A DNA stretch of 64,000 bases, taken from Bugula neritina. Lineage: Eukaryota > Animalia > Bryozoa. Under the pieces are notes generated by a model, which was not told the DNA's origin, searched no databases, and was given only the letters and a program-made list of their open reading frames with translations. Positions 24,871 through 38,397 of the stretch are shown one piece after another. Each line of letters opens with the position of its first letter. The first letter of the stretch is position 1. Location: the NCBI GenBank assembly GCA_964035545.1, contig OZ037769.1:14042633-14106632 (forward strand), given 5' to 3'. Position numbers and translations under genes: made by a program.

Positions 24871-25194
24871 GCGTGACTGAGAATGAATGCGTGTGTGTAT
24901 GTGTCCAATTAAAACTATAATGTTTTATACTCTTTTCAATTTTCTGCAAATTTTATATTTAGAATTATAGGAGACAACTTGTGATTTACCATTTAAATGT
25001 TTCAATGCTACTTCCACACTTTCTCATGTTATGCAAGTGCACCCTGATAGCAATAATTACGGAATAACACATCTTTTCTGATTTTAATTCTAAATACTGT
25101 AAAAAACTCACACAATTTTATAGTCACTATTCCTGTGAGACACTCCTGATAGAACAGGTTTTTGTTAAAGCTGGCTAAGCGCTTATTTAAATGA

Positions 25195-25322
25195 GACACA
25201 TGCAAGAGCAATTACGACTGGATACTCTTCCTAACATCACCAATTTGGCCGTTGTCAAGGCTCATACCCATGACCCCGTGTTTACTAGGCAAACACTCTT
25301 AACCCTAGACTACAACTGCTCT
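25195..25322 (-). mobile_element. Degenerate tRNA-derived SINE
   Basis: Reverse strand reads GAGCAGTTGTAGTCTAGGGTTAAGAGTGTTTGCCTAGTAAACACGGGGTCATGGGTATGAGCC, with A-box-like and degenerate B-box motifs at tRNA-like spacing. Confidence 0.45.
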
Positions 25323-25670
25323 CTTTAGTTCTGAATACTGTATATTTATAGTTATATTTAAACTATGCTATTAAAATTCAAAACTATAAAAACTTAACAT
25401 AATTATATAAGGGTTTGTTATATACATAACTACTTGCAAAAGACAAGCGTAATGGCTATATATGATTACTCTGAGCGAAGTAGAGCATTTTATTGAAATG
25501 CTGCTACCTCTGCAGGTAAAATATTTGTTGTGATTGATGCACAGTCATATGCATATATATTGATACATCAGGCCATATGTTGGTTTATAGTTTTGACTAT
25601 ATACGTAAGAGTCGCTGTCACATGACAGTTTACAATGCAATACTTTGCTATTTCGGTGTACACGTACAAT

Positions 25671-27827
25671 ATGAAAATCTAATCGTTACTATATTGGCGG
25701 CTTAGAAGTTGACTGTAAGTTTACAATCTTTTAGTATTACACAATTTTTTTCTTTACAAATAATTTATTACTGTTTTTAAACTAAAATTTAAAAATAATT
25801 GGATGGTAGAGTTATTGACAAAAAAAATGTAAAATGTTTGTGTTGAAAGTTGGTGCACAAAAACCTAGCTCACTAATATAAATATTTGACAAGTTCTTCT
25901 CAAATTGTTAAGGTTAGGGCAAATCACAGATTGTGATGACACAATAATTGCATACTAATAATTAGATGTTTAATTGAAACTCTCATTTTGAGTAATTAAA
26001 CTGTAAGTACATAATATGTTCACCTAGCAAAATTAAGTATTTAAAACTTTTTGATTACAGCAAAATTCAAAAGGGATGAAATATAATATAAGTATGCATG
26101 CATATAAAGTTATTAACATTTTTTTATTTATTCTGTTAAACTTGCACTGCAATATACTAGATGCTGTAAATAGCAAGAACCTATGTACTAATTTTTGTAT
26201 GAGGCAGTTTTTGGCAGAAATATAGCATAAATTTAACTTCAATTAGTTTTCATGCTCTTATTATTTTTTGAGCCAGTCGTTTAGTTTTAAGTTCAAAGCC
26301 AGTTGTGAGCTTGTGTTTTATATATTAAGTTTTGTAAATAATGTATATGAAGGGAAGTATCCCAAAAATATTTGTGAATAGTAGAAAAAGTACAATTGGC
26401 TAAATTTCAGCAAATAACTCATCTCTACTTGATAAAAAAGTATTTTATAATTCATTTTTAGCAACGCCTATTGTATAAACTCATAAACCAATATATATAT
26501 GCTCTCTGCCTCAATTTATATTATGCAAACTCTTTATTACAAAAAGCAGTCATCTTGGTGGTGCCAGTTTTGGGGTACAGAAATGCTGTTAGTGAAAAGA
26601 AAAGCCGAGGACCTTGTGAAAATTCTAGACAAAGAAAACCTTGACGCAGATATAAAGAAGGAGCTAGAGGCTGTTGCAGAAAAACTACTTATTAGCTAGT
26701 TTGATGATAGGCCTAATAAGGGAGCTGACCAATGGGTAGCAGCGACTACTTTAAAGGTCGACCTAGGAGCAGATGGCAATGGGCCAATGAAATTGTCTGC
26801 TGATGAACTCGTGCCAAGATATCAAGTGTTTACTAACATCAAAAGCTCCAATGATGATAGAGCTGTAATCTGTAACGACGACTGCATAGCGGAAATTAAA
26901 CACTTCCAACAAAATTAAAGAAAAGAATGTCAGGCGGTCATCAGATTCACACCAAAATTCAAATGCTTTATCGGAATGACCATAACCTTTTTGCAAATGC
27001 GAATGCTAAAGACAAAGTGATTTTAGTCTTCTCACACTACATTCCATGCGCACAAGATCAAGGAGAAGCTGGTGGGACATTTACAGAGTGTGCTGGTGAA
27101 TTGGCAAACTTTCTGGTGAATGATAATCCAAACAACAACAAATTTATTGTGTTTTGGGAGAGTACTCATCGAGCTAAAAGGACTGTGGTTCCAATTGCAC
27201 AGATGTATATGGAGCTCAGTGGCATTGCTTCATTTAATTATGACAAAAAAACAAAGAAGATAAAAAAAGATCCAAGCCACTTCAAGCGCCCAGAGTATTT
27301 TAGGAACAACTCTATGCTTATTAGACTAGGCCGTCCGCTGATGTCCAACGAGTTTAAATTCACAGAGACTCAGCTTTTGGTTGACTGCATAGCCCGAAAT
27401 GACTTTTTTATGGAAACAACTAATAATAGAATATGCAAAGAAATTCAGTTTCTAGCAGCAAAAAGACAACTTTACAAAGCATTCCCCAATGGGGGCTGGG
27501 AGCTATGGCACCATAAGAGACCGTCTTGCTAAAAATTACGGCAATGACAACGTTCCTTTCAAAAAGGCTGTTGTTGAAGCGTGTATTTTGTACGCAAACG
27601 CCATGTCTATGGATGAAAATAAAAAAAATTTACTTGTTCAGGACCATACCACGGATTATCTTAATTTCTACGGCAAGAGTGTGTTGAAGGATTATTGTCA
27701 AAATCCAAAATTTCCTCAAGATTATCTTCAATATTGCAACAGTTGTTTGGCAGCAGTTGAAAGATATTTTCAAATTCCTCAACAAAAGCAAATTCAATGT
27801 CAGCTGAAAAATCCTCGTCAACACTAA
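25671..27827 (+). pseudogene. Secreted AID/APOBEC-like deaminase, copy 2, pseudogene
   Basis: Full-length homology across several frames (KAVILVVPVLG.., DQWVAATTL, CNDDC, HTK, FSHYIPC-x13-CAGELANF, DCIARN, DYLNFYG). Lesions: frameshifts near 26598, 26900 and 27488; TAG at 26697-26699; catalytic Glu to Lys at 26954-26956; acceptor apparently CAG to CAA at 26540-26542. Tentative degenerate exon 1 at 25671-25684. Confidence 0.85.
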
Positions 27828-30800
27828 ACACTAAACACTGACATGTTCAACCAACTTTAGAAATGTCAAATTCCTAACCCTAAATCGATGATTTAAAATA
27901 TAAATATAAATGATCAAATAGTACAGCATGCCATGTTACTAGGTTTACTATCTATGTGTTTTTGTAAAACTTTTAATTATTGCAATTAATAAAATAAAAA
28001 CATGAGCTAACCTAAGAAAGGATTTGTATTTTGAGTTACATCACAAAATTCATTTTCTATTGACTTGAATCAAAGTCCTATAATATCTGAAAACTGCAGT
28101 AATTATGTAAACAGCATACATGTGCAAATTTGCAATTTACTTGTTCACTATTGAACTTTTAGATTCTATAGCATTTTATTTACTTCCCACTGTATTATGA
28201 GGCAAACATGGCTCTCTGTTTATTAAATTCTAACTCTACAAATTAAAAGCCAAAACAGCTTAAAATTACCTGTTGCGATTTGAAACACTTTGCAAATTAA
28301 CCCATAACATAGAAAACAGAGCTGAGAGTTGCAATTGTCAAGAGTGAATAACTCCTCTGTTGTAGTTGTATAGTTGATTATCTAAGGCCTCAGATTAAAA
28401 TAAATGTGTACGTATAAACAATGGGATGAGCATCTTTGCTATAAGAATCATGAGAAACTGCATTAACTTACATTGATCATAAATTTATGCAAAGTCCTAT
28501 AATTATTCATCACAATAATAATATACTTCATAACAGTTGTCTAAAATTTAGTGCAAAAGAAGTTGATAACACTGCTAGATTTAAAAAAAATATTATTAAG
28601 CAATTCCATTTAATTTCGCATCTCCTTTTACCAACTATAATATCTCATAAGTTTTTCTTTGTTTAAAAATACGAGACGCTGCATTTTTTAGTAAATGTGA
28701 ATTTTACTGAAATATATTTATAATACTTCAACACTTAAATTTTTTACTGGCCATGACTCATGTTAAGCTAAGCCATGGCAGCAGAAGCAAAAAAACATAA
28801 TTTTATATATATTTGTAAATTAATCACAATAGTAAAATTTAATCTAAAAACATGTGTAAACTGCATGCAGATGCTTGTGAAAGCATTGCACCATATAATG
28901 GTTTTGATTTTCTGGCACATCCTTTTTATTACAACGGTCTTTCTCAAAGTGTGAAAATAAAAATTTATTTATAGTAGTTTTTACACGAATATCATAATTA
29001 CACTTCAAAGTATTTCCGTTTATATACAAGCTATTACCAATATTCTAAAAATTTGCAGTCATCAATTTATATTTTTGTCATAAGTGTAATTAATGAGTGA
29101 ATTAGATCTTAGAATTGATAGTTCGAGTTCTTATTAAAGTATTGATTATAAATATACACAACTTCAACTAAATTATAATCTGCCATTTTTGTGCAAAAAT
29201 AAGCCTGGTTTTTCAAAAAACTTTCTCATTTCTTATAGCTTGACTTTAGTTAAACTCTTCCAGTGTCAGCTTTTCATCTGATTACTAGTCTATATCAATT
29301 TCCAACCCTCACTCTCTTAGTGTGACAACTTTCAACATGTCTGTGTTCTTCAGTTTTATCCACAACCACTCTGAGTCAGCATCACTCTAATTGCGCACTT
29401 TTTCTTTCAACAATTATATATTCACCTTAGCTATTTTCTAACAATTATTTGGCTTATTTTTTCTCAAATACAAATCGGTGAGTTTTTGCTCAAACTCCAA
29501 ACTCAAATCAATACGCCCCTGGTTTTCAGATTGGTTTCCTTATTTTCTATCAACTGAGTTGAATGTAATATTTTCTGCTATTCACATCTTTATTCTGTTT
29601 CCAGCTTTTCTTCTATACTAAAAGCCTTCATGTCATAGCTCTAAGCTGTTGAATTGTATAGTAGTTCAAAGTTGCATGAATCCATTCGAATATACTTCCT
29701 TGCAGTAGCTAAAATGTATATATACATTTTATTATAGGCCTACATATACGCAGCATGGGTTATTCGTCATAGTTTCTTTGACAAATAAAAAAAAATCACC
29801 ATGCAGTCTGATAATATTCTATAGCTCTTTTACCTTAATGACTTTGATCAACTGCACCTTGTTGAAGCTCTCTCATTTTTTAAACCCTAGTCTATGGCCC
29901 AGAATATAGTTTTTAAAACTTAGTACTGCAAAGTCATTCCTCATTCTGAAACTTCACAATTCAATGTATTAATATCTATCTGCATGTTATATTATGATTA
30001 ATAAGTTTTAATTTTAATACAAAATTCCACAACACCACTTTTTGATGACCATTATAGGCTATGCCACCAGTAAAAGTGAATTGTCAGATATATATGATTG
30101 TCACCCTAAAATGTTTTTCATGGAATCACAGATGTGTTTCAAAATTTGTTATTTATAATGTTATAGCTGGAAATGTTTGAATCAATGCTTTGATATTTAC
30201 AGCAAGCAAGGCATGAGGGTTTTGTATATCTTTATACGTCTACCATAACTGAGCAGAAGCTACAACATGCATGAAGGCACAACGCAACATTAAGGATCTC
30301 AGTTACTTTGTAATACAAGTCTAACACTCTCATCCCAACTTGAAACTGTAAAATACTTCATGCAATTTGTCAGGTTCATGATTTGCAAATGGGGCTTACG
30401 GTGGTTTCAGTCAGGATTAATTGTAAATGAATACATTTGGAAAAATCACTAATGGCTAAGAAAAACTAAATTGACTAATGACATAAATCAAATTATTTTG
30501 TATGTTGACCACACTTGAATGTGTTTCAAAAAGATTAATAATTACAAAGCCTTGTTCTAATATTATGTGTGATTCCAGCCAAAATTAGAAGCTTTTGGGA
30601 TGGTTGAGGAGTAATACAACAATGATAATTATGTATCTTTTGGAATGTTGAAAATATTTCTAAAAATTTAGAAATGAAGCATGATAAATGAAAAAAGAAT
30701 AACTATAATATGTTAACCTGCTATACAGTCTGATAGAGAAACAGAAAAGCAAACATACATATTCATGAGGTATATACACAGCATATATATGGCATGTATA

Positions 30801-30853
30801 TGACATATATATATACACGACATCTATATTATATATCATGTGCATATTATATA

Positions 30854-30857
<4 letters not shown>

Positions 30858-30928
<71 letters not shown>

Positions 30929-31000
30929 TACATATATACATATACACATATACATATATACATATATACATATATACATATATACATGTATACATGTATA
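30858..31000. repeat. (TA)n / (TATACA)n microsatellite upstream of the copy 3 promoter
   Basis: Seen directly. Confidence 0.95.
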
Positions 31001-31228
31001 TATATTTTATTTTTTTTATTTACATTTTTTATGAAATCCTAACTTTTAACTATATAATTATTAATGATACCATCATTATACCAATACTGTAGACAAGCTT
31101 GTATAGCACAACGCCATGCTATTAACATGCACAACGCTAGAGTTATCGTTGAGCTATCTATAAAAGCAGTTGCTTTAGAGGTAATTTTACATTCTAGTTT
31201 TAAGTTATTCTGCAGGATTCATCGCAAA

Positions 31229-31249
31229 ATGACTAATACAAGACTTTTG
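31229..31249 (+). CDS. Initiator micro-exon of deaminase copy 3 (MTNTRLL)
   Basis: AAAATGACTAATACAAGACTTTTG|GTGAGT with TATAAAA at 31159. Splices in phase 0 to 32333, giving MTNTRLLVFLFTAIIIVHRGNS. Confidence 0.75.
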
Positions 31250-32332
31250 GTGAGTGAAGACATTATTTTTTCACAATTATTATATCTAATCTAAACGAGA
31301 CTTGATGAGCTAATTTTTAAAGTTTTGCTTTTTTAAAGTATATTCACAATATTAATTTATGTTAAAAATATCCAAAGTAATGTGTTTGTCAGTTAACTTA
31401 ATATGCTTATGCAAAAGCATAAATTATATGGACTAATTTCAATATATAGCACCGTACTATGCTGTTATGCATATAGTCCACGCAAAATTGAAAATGATAT
31501 TATATTATAATATATTTAATTAAATTTTATTATTTTATACTATATATTTTATTACATTGCATTATATTATATTACATTATATTATTTTATGTTATATTAT
31601 ATTATAATATATTATATTATGTTATTCTATCTTTTAACGTATTATATTACATTATATTGTATAATATATTTTTATGAATAACTTGAATATATGCTGATTA
31701 TTGTGCTCTGTCCTAAACATTTGAGTAATTAGAAAAAAGCTTAGGATAAGCAATATATTGTATATTTACCAGTATATGTGTCCGTAAAACAATAACTTTT
31801 AAGAAGTTAAAATGATTTTCAGCCTATAAAACAAAGGTTTTGGTAAATAGTTTCTCATTCATAACTTCAACTTTGTTTGAAAAAGAATTTGGAGTTGGTT
31901 TTTCTAATAACATGAGCAAAATTTTCTTTCATAATTCTTCTGTAATAAATAATTTCCTTTAAAATGAAAATTTAACGGCCAATGTTTTAGGGCAGCAATT
32001 TATGTTACCTATAGTAACATTTTACGTGATGACAGGTTATAATTGTTATAATACAAAGAATTTTTGTTTGATCTTTAGAACTCTTTGAACCTATTCACTT
32101 TTTTCTTGAAAACTATTGCTTCCATCAAAATTATTTTATTTCAAGAAAGAAGAAAAACTGTTTAAATAGCACTCTCATATACATTTAGTTACCTATAAGT
32201 TATACATGATATATGTAGAACTTGTTTTCTAACAAAAATATAGCCTTAACAGAGAATCACATTTTTTGTTACAGTGTGATAAACTTAAGATTGCTGATAA
32301 CGTAATGTAATATTAATTAATAATTGTTTTAG

Positions 32333-33787
32333 GTCTTTCTGTTCACCGCTATCATCATTGTGCATCGCGGTAATTCAACTCCCGAAGAAGAAAAGGCAAA
32401 AGCTGATGATTTGATGAAGGAGCTTGACAAACCGCATGCAGAGATTCGTGCAACTCTGATGACTCAGTTGAAAAGAATTGCAGGGGAGCTGAGGGCATAT
32501 AATGGAGAACGCCCAAACCTTGACTATCTTCAGTGGGTAGTGGCTACTCCATTAGATATAGAGAGAAATACTGAAAGTGGTGCAGAACCGTTGATATTAA
32601 CAAAGCAAGACGTCGAAGTCGACAAACATATTTACAGTAACTTCAAGAAAAGGGAAAATACACCAAAAAAGAGAAATGACAGAAAAAAATATTGCAATGC
32701 TAATTGCATTAAAGAAATAGAAAAACTTCCAACTACAATAAAAAGAGATAACAAAGAAATGGGTAATGGTCACGTGATACACACCGAAATACAAATGCTA
32801 TGCAGAAAGAAGGAAGACAACATATTACATGATGAAGCTAACAAGAACAAAGTAATACTAGTTTACTCAAAGTACATCCCATGTTCTCAAAATCAAAATT
32901 CTCAAGGTGGAACGTTTGTAGAATGTGCCGCAGAGTTGGCAAACTTTATGGCTAATCATAATCCGAACAAAAATAAATTGATTGTGTTTTATGAAACTCA
33001 ACACACTGCCGTGGATAACAACGATCGGGATGTACAAGTTTCATCTGTGGTTGGAGTGTCACAACTTTACATGGAGATGAGTGGCATAGTAGCTTTTAAG
33101 TACACGCCAGAGAATGAAGATGAATCAGGGGGTCCGAATCCACCGAGCGTTTTGCAGAGAGATCCTCAGCTTGTTGAAAAAGCTACATACTTTCGCAAAT
33201 ATCCAAAATTTATTAATTTGGGACGACCTCTTATAAACAATGATTATAAAGCAACTATTACCCAAATTTTCATTGACTGCCTAGCTCGAAACAACTTTGT
33301 AACCCCAAAGACTAGCAAAGAATCAACGCTTGATGTACAATTCATAACTGCTAAGCATTTTCTTTCTCTGATCCCTTATGCTGAAGAAAATGACATCGAC
33401 AAATTATTTGAAATGGCTAATCAAGCAGACAGAATAACAAATAAACAAGACGCATTCATTAAAGGGTGTTACACATTTGCAAAAGATATGTCAACAGATG
33501 ACATCAAAGGAGGCCTTATAGTTCCGGAGAAGGTGGGGGATTACCTCACTTTTAATGGCTACGCTACAAAATTGAATAAATCAAAGAAGATCAATGAGCT
33601 TTCTGTAAACAGTGAAAGAGACGCCTGTGAACCATTCCTAGCTGCTCTGAAGAAATTTTTTAAGCGTGAACGTTATTTGACACCTGTATGCACGGTGAAA
33701 GATTATTCTAATAGATATTCTAATGGCAGAGGTAACAGAAGCAAGGGTAGAAATGGGGGCAGAAGAGGACGCCGACGATATAAGTAG
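32333..33787 (+). CDS. Secreted AID/APOBEC-like zinc deaminase, copy 3, main exon; Arg/Gly-rich tail
   Basis: Acceptor TTTTAG|GTC. Intact ORF with HTEIQML, YSKYIPC-x13-CAAELANF, KLIVFYE, DCLARN; ends GRGNRSKGRNGGRRGRRRYK. Confidence 0.8.
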   Translation, partial: VFLFTAIIIVHRGNSTPEEEKAKADDLMKELDKPHAEIRATLMTQLKRIAGELRAYNGERPNLDYLQWVVATPLDIERNTESGAEPLILTKQDVEVDKHIYSNFKKRENTPKKRNDRKKYCNANCIKEIEKLPTTIKRDNKEMGNGHVIHTEIQMLCRKKEDNILHDEANKNKVILVYSKYIPCSQNQNSQGGTFVECAAELANFMANHNPNKNKLIVFYETQHTAVDNNDRDVQVSSVVGVSQLYMEMSGIVAFKYTPENEDESGGPNPPSVLQRDPQLVEKATYFRKYPKFINLGRPLINNDYKATITQIFIDCLARNNFVTPKTSKESTLDVQFITAKHFLSLIPYAEENDIDKLFEMANQADRITNKQDAFIKGCYTFAKDMSTDDIKGGLIVPEKVGDYLTFNGYATKLNKSKKINELSVNSERDACEPFLAALKKFFKRERYLTPVCTVKDYSNRYSNGRGNRSKGRNGGRRGRRRYK

Positions 33788-36700
33788 TTTGACATTTTAT
33801 ATTTGTCTAAAAGTGCTGTGCATGCTAATATCACAGATCAATAATGTCTTCTCCTAATAAAAACAGCTTGGTAAATAATATTTCTATATTATATCTAGCT
33901 GCACAGCAAAAAGTGTCCTTTCATAATACAAGCAACTTTGTATGTTTATGATTTGTTAATTCAATAAAAGTCTTGCAACTTCATTTGCTTGTTGTTTGTT
34001 TTTGTTATTTATAAGAAATAGGGTACATGCAAAGTTTGCAATAAATTAAGATTAGGACAAACACATAAAATGCATAAAATAAATAAAGTGTTACTGTAAT
34101 TAAAGAGAATTATAAAAGAAATAAACAATCATTTTATGATACAGATATGATTATCCATCCTATTGAAGCAGTAACACAAGTAAAACACTTATATATAGTT
34201 ATATTTAGCATAAATTACAAAGAATTAGAGTTAAGACTTTTTGTCTTACAGGAAATTTGTTTTAAATTAGATAAACTCACCATAAAAGCTAAATATTTTT
34301 AAAATTAAAATGTATGAGTGCCTATAGTTTTATTGCCTGATCAGTTGTGCTCATGTTGCGTAATAATTATATACTATATCATTAGAAATAGGTACAAAAA
34401 TATGCACCATTTTAAAACATCAACGATGCAATTATTCGTATGTACGTTAGACTTGTTTCTCTGCAAAAATGCAAAATAAAATGCACAGTAGTGTATATAA
34501 TGTAGATATAGGCTTAAATAATTTGCATATTTTATTATTATTGCTCTCTCTTTTTCTATTTCATGCTAAACGATTTCACTCACAGTATAATAAGTTATAA
34601 ATATAATTTCAAAGTTCTTCTTAATAGCTGTTCTGTTGACACTAAATAAAAACATTTTAAAAATATCTACAGCATATATACTTAAAAATCACCCTCAAGC
34701 GACTACATATATAGCATCAAATTAGGAACTGTAACAAAAATTGCTATGCATGGTTTTGTCATATAAGTAAAAGAAGGGATTCAGTAATTTATTACTGATG
34801 GAGTAGCTAAATTTTTAGACCACCTATATCTATATGTGAATAAAAAGGTAGTAAACAGTTTTCACTTCACGTTCTGGAAACTTATGGTTTTTGGTGCATA
34901 AATGGAGGCTGATGCTCATTTGCCGCTGAGTAAACTACTACCTATATAGGCTAGAAAAGCGCACAGCTAAAGGTTGTATTTTATCTTTATTTTAAGAACT
35001 GAAGGTTTAAACCAACTATATACTACCTACTTTTACCAACCAGGAAAACTGTGGGTCTATGCCTAGTAGAATATTGCTTACTATAATTTGCTTGCTGTAA
35101 ATAACTTAAAGTAACAGCTATTCTCTAATGTAACAGCTTGATAGCCAACAGCAGCCAGCTATATAGCTGAATCAAACTGAGTCGTTCTATAGCAATTTGC
35201 ATTGAATTATAGCAATAAAAACTAGTAGTAGAACAGGCATGACTCTGGTCCAGATTAAGTGTGGTCCTCAAGCAATGCATGGGACTCCTTATCTTTGAAT
35301 ACATGTGGGTTATTATATATTTGTACAAGAGAAAAGAGTAATTAACGGAATTTGACATAGTATTTTTCATTGATCTTACAAAATTTAAAACGAACCATGT
35401 TTTCAAAATTAGGAGAATACAACTCTAAAATATTTGAAGCATAATTTTAAGTCTGTTGTTACAAAATTATGTATCTAAAACTACAAGTGTACTGCACATT
35501 TTAAAATTATTTTACCTAATCTTTATATCACTAATTTGCAATTTAAACAATTCAGCCCTTTTAGAATAGTATTTTATTTTTAAATTATAAGTATTTAATG
35601 CAGACAGCCAAGATAACATGTTTATGCAAGTGGAAAAACTTGTCATAGTGCTTCTTATTTTTGATAATAATTTATAACCTGTTGTTTGAACCACAAAGAG
35701 CTAAAGCATTATCATCAATTTTGAGAATTCAAAATGGACTTTGGCTAATGAATTATTTGATTTGTGAGTAATATTTTGAAGTTATCCCGTCTTCCTTTAC
35801 AAAGACAGGATAACTCCAAAATATCATTTTTATGTCAACTTTTGTGTAAAATTTCATTTCACATGTGAGCTACTGTAGTAACTTTTAGATTTGTTTTTTC
35901 TTACTATTATTTAATCTAGCACATCAATATTCTTATTTCTTTTTGTTTTAAATTATTTTATTTTTTAAATTTTGTAAACTGGTCTTTGTCTGGAGTCGGG
36001 CATGTCGGAGTGTCGAAATGTACGAAGCCTCCCATGATATCATGGGTTAATTATAGTGTGGCTTGCTTTTTAAAATTTTCAACTGTATTTACTTTCAGAA
36101 AGTATTCTTAAGCCAATCAGTATTGTTCTGAGACTTAAATTTCAACAATTAATATTATGCAACTGTATGTGTAAAATGGTATCTTATTAATATATATTGT
36201 TCCTGATATTATTGAAAATAATGTTCGAAGCATCACTTATATATAATTTGCAGCAAGCAATAGATGAAAGATGTTAGTCATTTTCAACTTTTATAATAAT
36301 TATTTCAATTATAGCATGTATGCAACAATAAACCTTCATGAACATCATGTTCCTGACAGCTACTATTGTATACCATTTTGTAATTTCACTGAAGCAAACC
36401 AAGCACTGTACTGCAAACTAAGAAATGAGTGTTAAATTTGTTATAAGTAAAAATATATATACACATTTGAAGCTAGCATAATATATCTTTAGTTGGTATG
36501 CCATTTGCAAGTTTGTGCGACAAAATTTGATTGTTAGAGAGAATAGGTTTATTTAAACTACACGTACAATGGCCATTACGTGTGTAAATCAATGCTGCAA
36601 AGTGCATGAATAGTTTTAAAGCAAGGGAGGTGTTATTAAACTAGGTGAATGTGATTGTTGAATGAGTGCTCGTTCATCATTCAGTTTTACTTCCAGTGTC

Positions 36701-37300
36701 TGCTTTCATTAAATTAATATATTGCTGTTACTTATTCTTAGTCTGCTTGCTTAAGATTTGAATAAAAAACATGCTGCAAGAAAACACTATGTCCTTCTAT
36801 AGAACAATGTATTTGTACTCTGCATAAAATCAATACATTATAATGCAGCACATGATAGTTGTGCAGTAATCAATAGTATATATATACTTAGAACTTATTG
36901 TGTACATAACAACTTTTTTCATTATTATATTGTTGATAATGTTATTGAGAGAAATGCTCCATACGATATGCTGTAGAATTTATAGCAAGCAGTTTATAGC
37001 ATAGCTCAGTGAAGTCTACTATACACGCATGAAGGTACGAAAAGACTAAACAAGTGTGTAGTATGTAGAAACAAACTCCGTTTGCCTATATAATATGATA
37101 GTAGCTTATATGTATATTATATGTGGTAGCATGTATATTATAGCTGTTAGTATGTATACTATAACTATATGTGTGATAGCATAGATATTATAGCTGTTAT
37201 AGTATGTATGTATATTATCAGTGATAGTATGTATAATATACTGTATGTTGTAGCATATATGTTACAGGTATTAGCATGTATATTATAATTATGTGTTGTA

Positions 37301-37357
<57 letters not shown>

Positions 37358-38397
37358 GTGTTAGTATGTATATAATAATTATGTTGTATATAACACGTAT
37401 ATACTATATGTGTTAATATGTATATTATATGTGATCGTATATGTATTATATATATGGTTATAGAATCTATGCTACATTTGATAGAATGTATATAATAGAT
37501 TGGCTACACAACTTTTAGTGGAATGCGGATAATTTTCATTACAGTAAAGTTCACCATCTTAATAATCTCCTATAATAATATGCTTTTGCTTTCGTTATCG
37601 TTTAAATCAATAGTAAAATCCTAGTTTATTTTCTGCCGACATGCAGTGATATACGTGTGCATGGCTATTATAGCATATTGCATCATCCTTGCATCATCTT
37701 TGTGGCTATAGCTTAAAGTAATGGCATCGCGTAATGGCATCACCCTACATACTTATACAAGGTTATTACAGTCATCAACACATGTGTTGATTAAATTAAA
37801 GACGTTTGTATGCATCTTTCTGAAATAGAAAGTTTGTTTTAGATTATGTATAGAATTTTAGGACAACAAATTACTTACCATCATATTATTGTAATGTTTC
37901 AATAGGGGTTTGGCAATCTATATGTAATATTTTCTGACTTTCTAAATTATAAAAATTGTGCTTTAATAGATGTGTGTATATTTATCATCACAGACCATGA
38001 ATGTTATAGGAGAATAAATATAACAGAAGTTGCAAAAAAGCAGCTTTCCCTGAGTATCAGAAATCGCCTTATATGTCAGCCAATCACAGCAGAGAAAAAC
38101 ATAATGTTATAGCTAATATATAGCCATTAAAATACAAATAAAATTATAATGATTTAACCAAAACTTTCCAAGCAGTTTTTGGAGTAATGCTAATTAATTA
38201 TACCATCAAAATAAATTATTTAATACAATGATGAAAACACAAATGGTAAAAAGCTTTATTTACTTCTCTAGTATACCATAGAACTTTCCGCCATGTAGCA
38301 CGTATCAACTTCTGCATGACATGCAATATTTGTACAATATGAAAAAAAGTTAATTTTGACTTATAGGAAGTATTGTACTTATTTATGTGTGTTTTAG

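Noticed and set aside
24539-24949. Overlapping HT/CV-repeat ORFs
   Set aside because: Translations of the (GT)n microsatellite.
29150-29600. Purine-rich minus-strand stretch that might be a decayed transposase
   Set aside because: Many stops and no diagnostic motif I can name with confidence.
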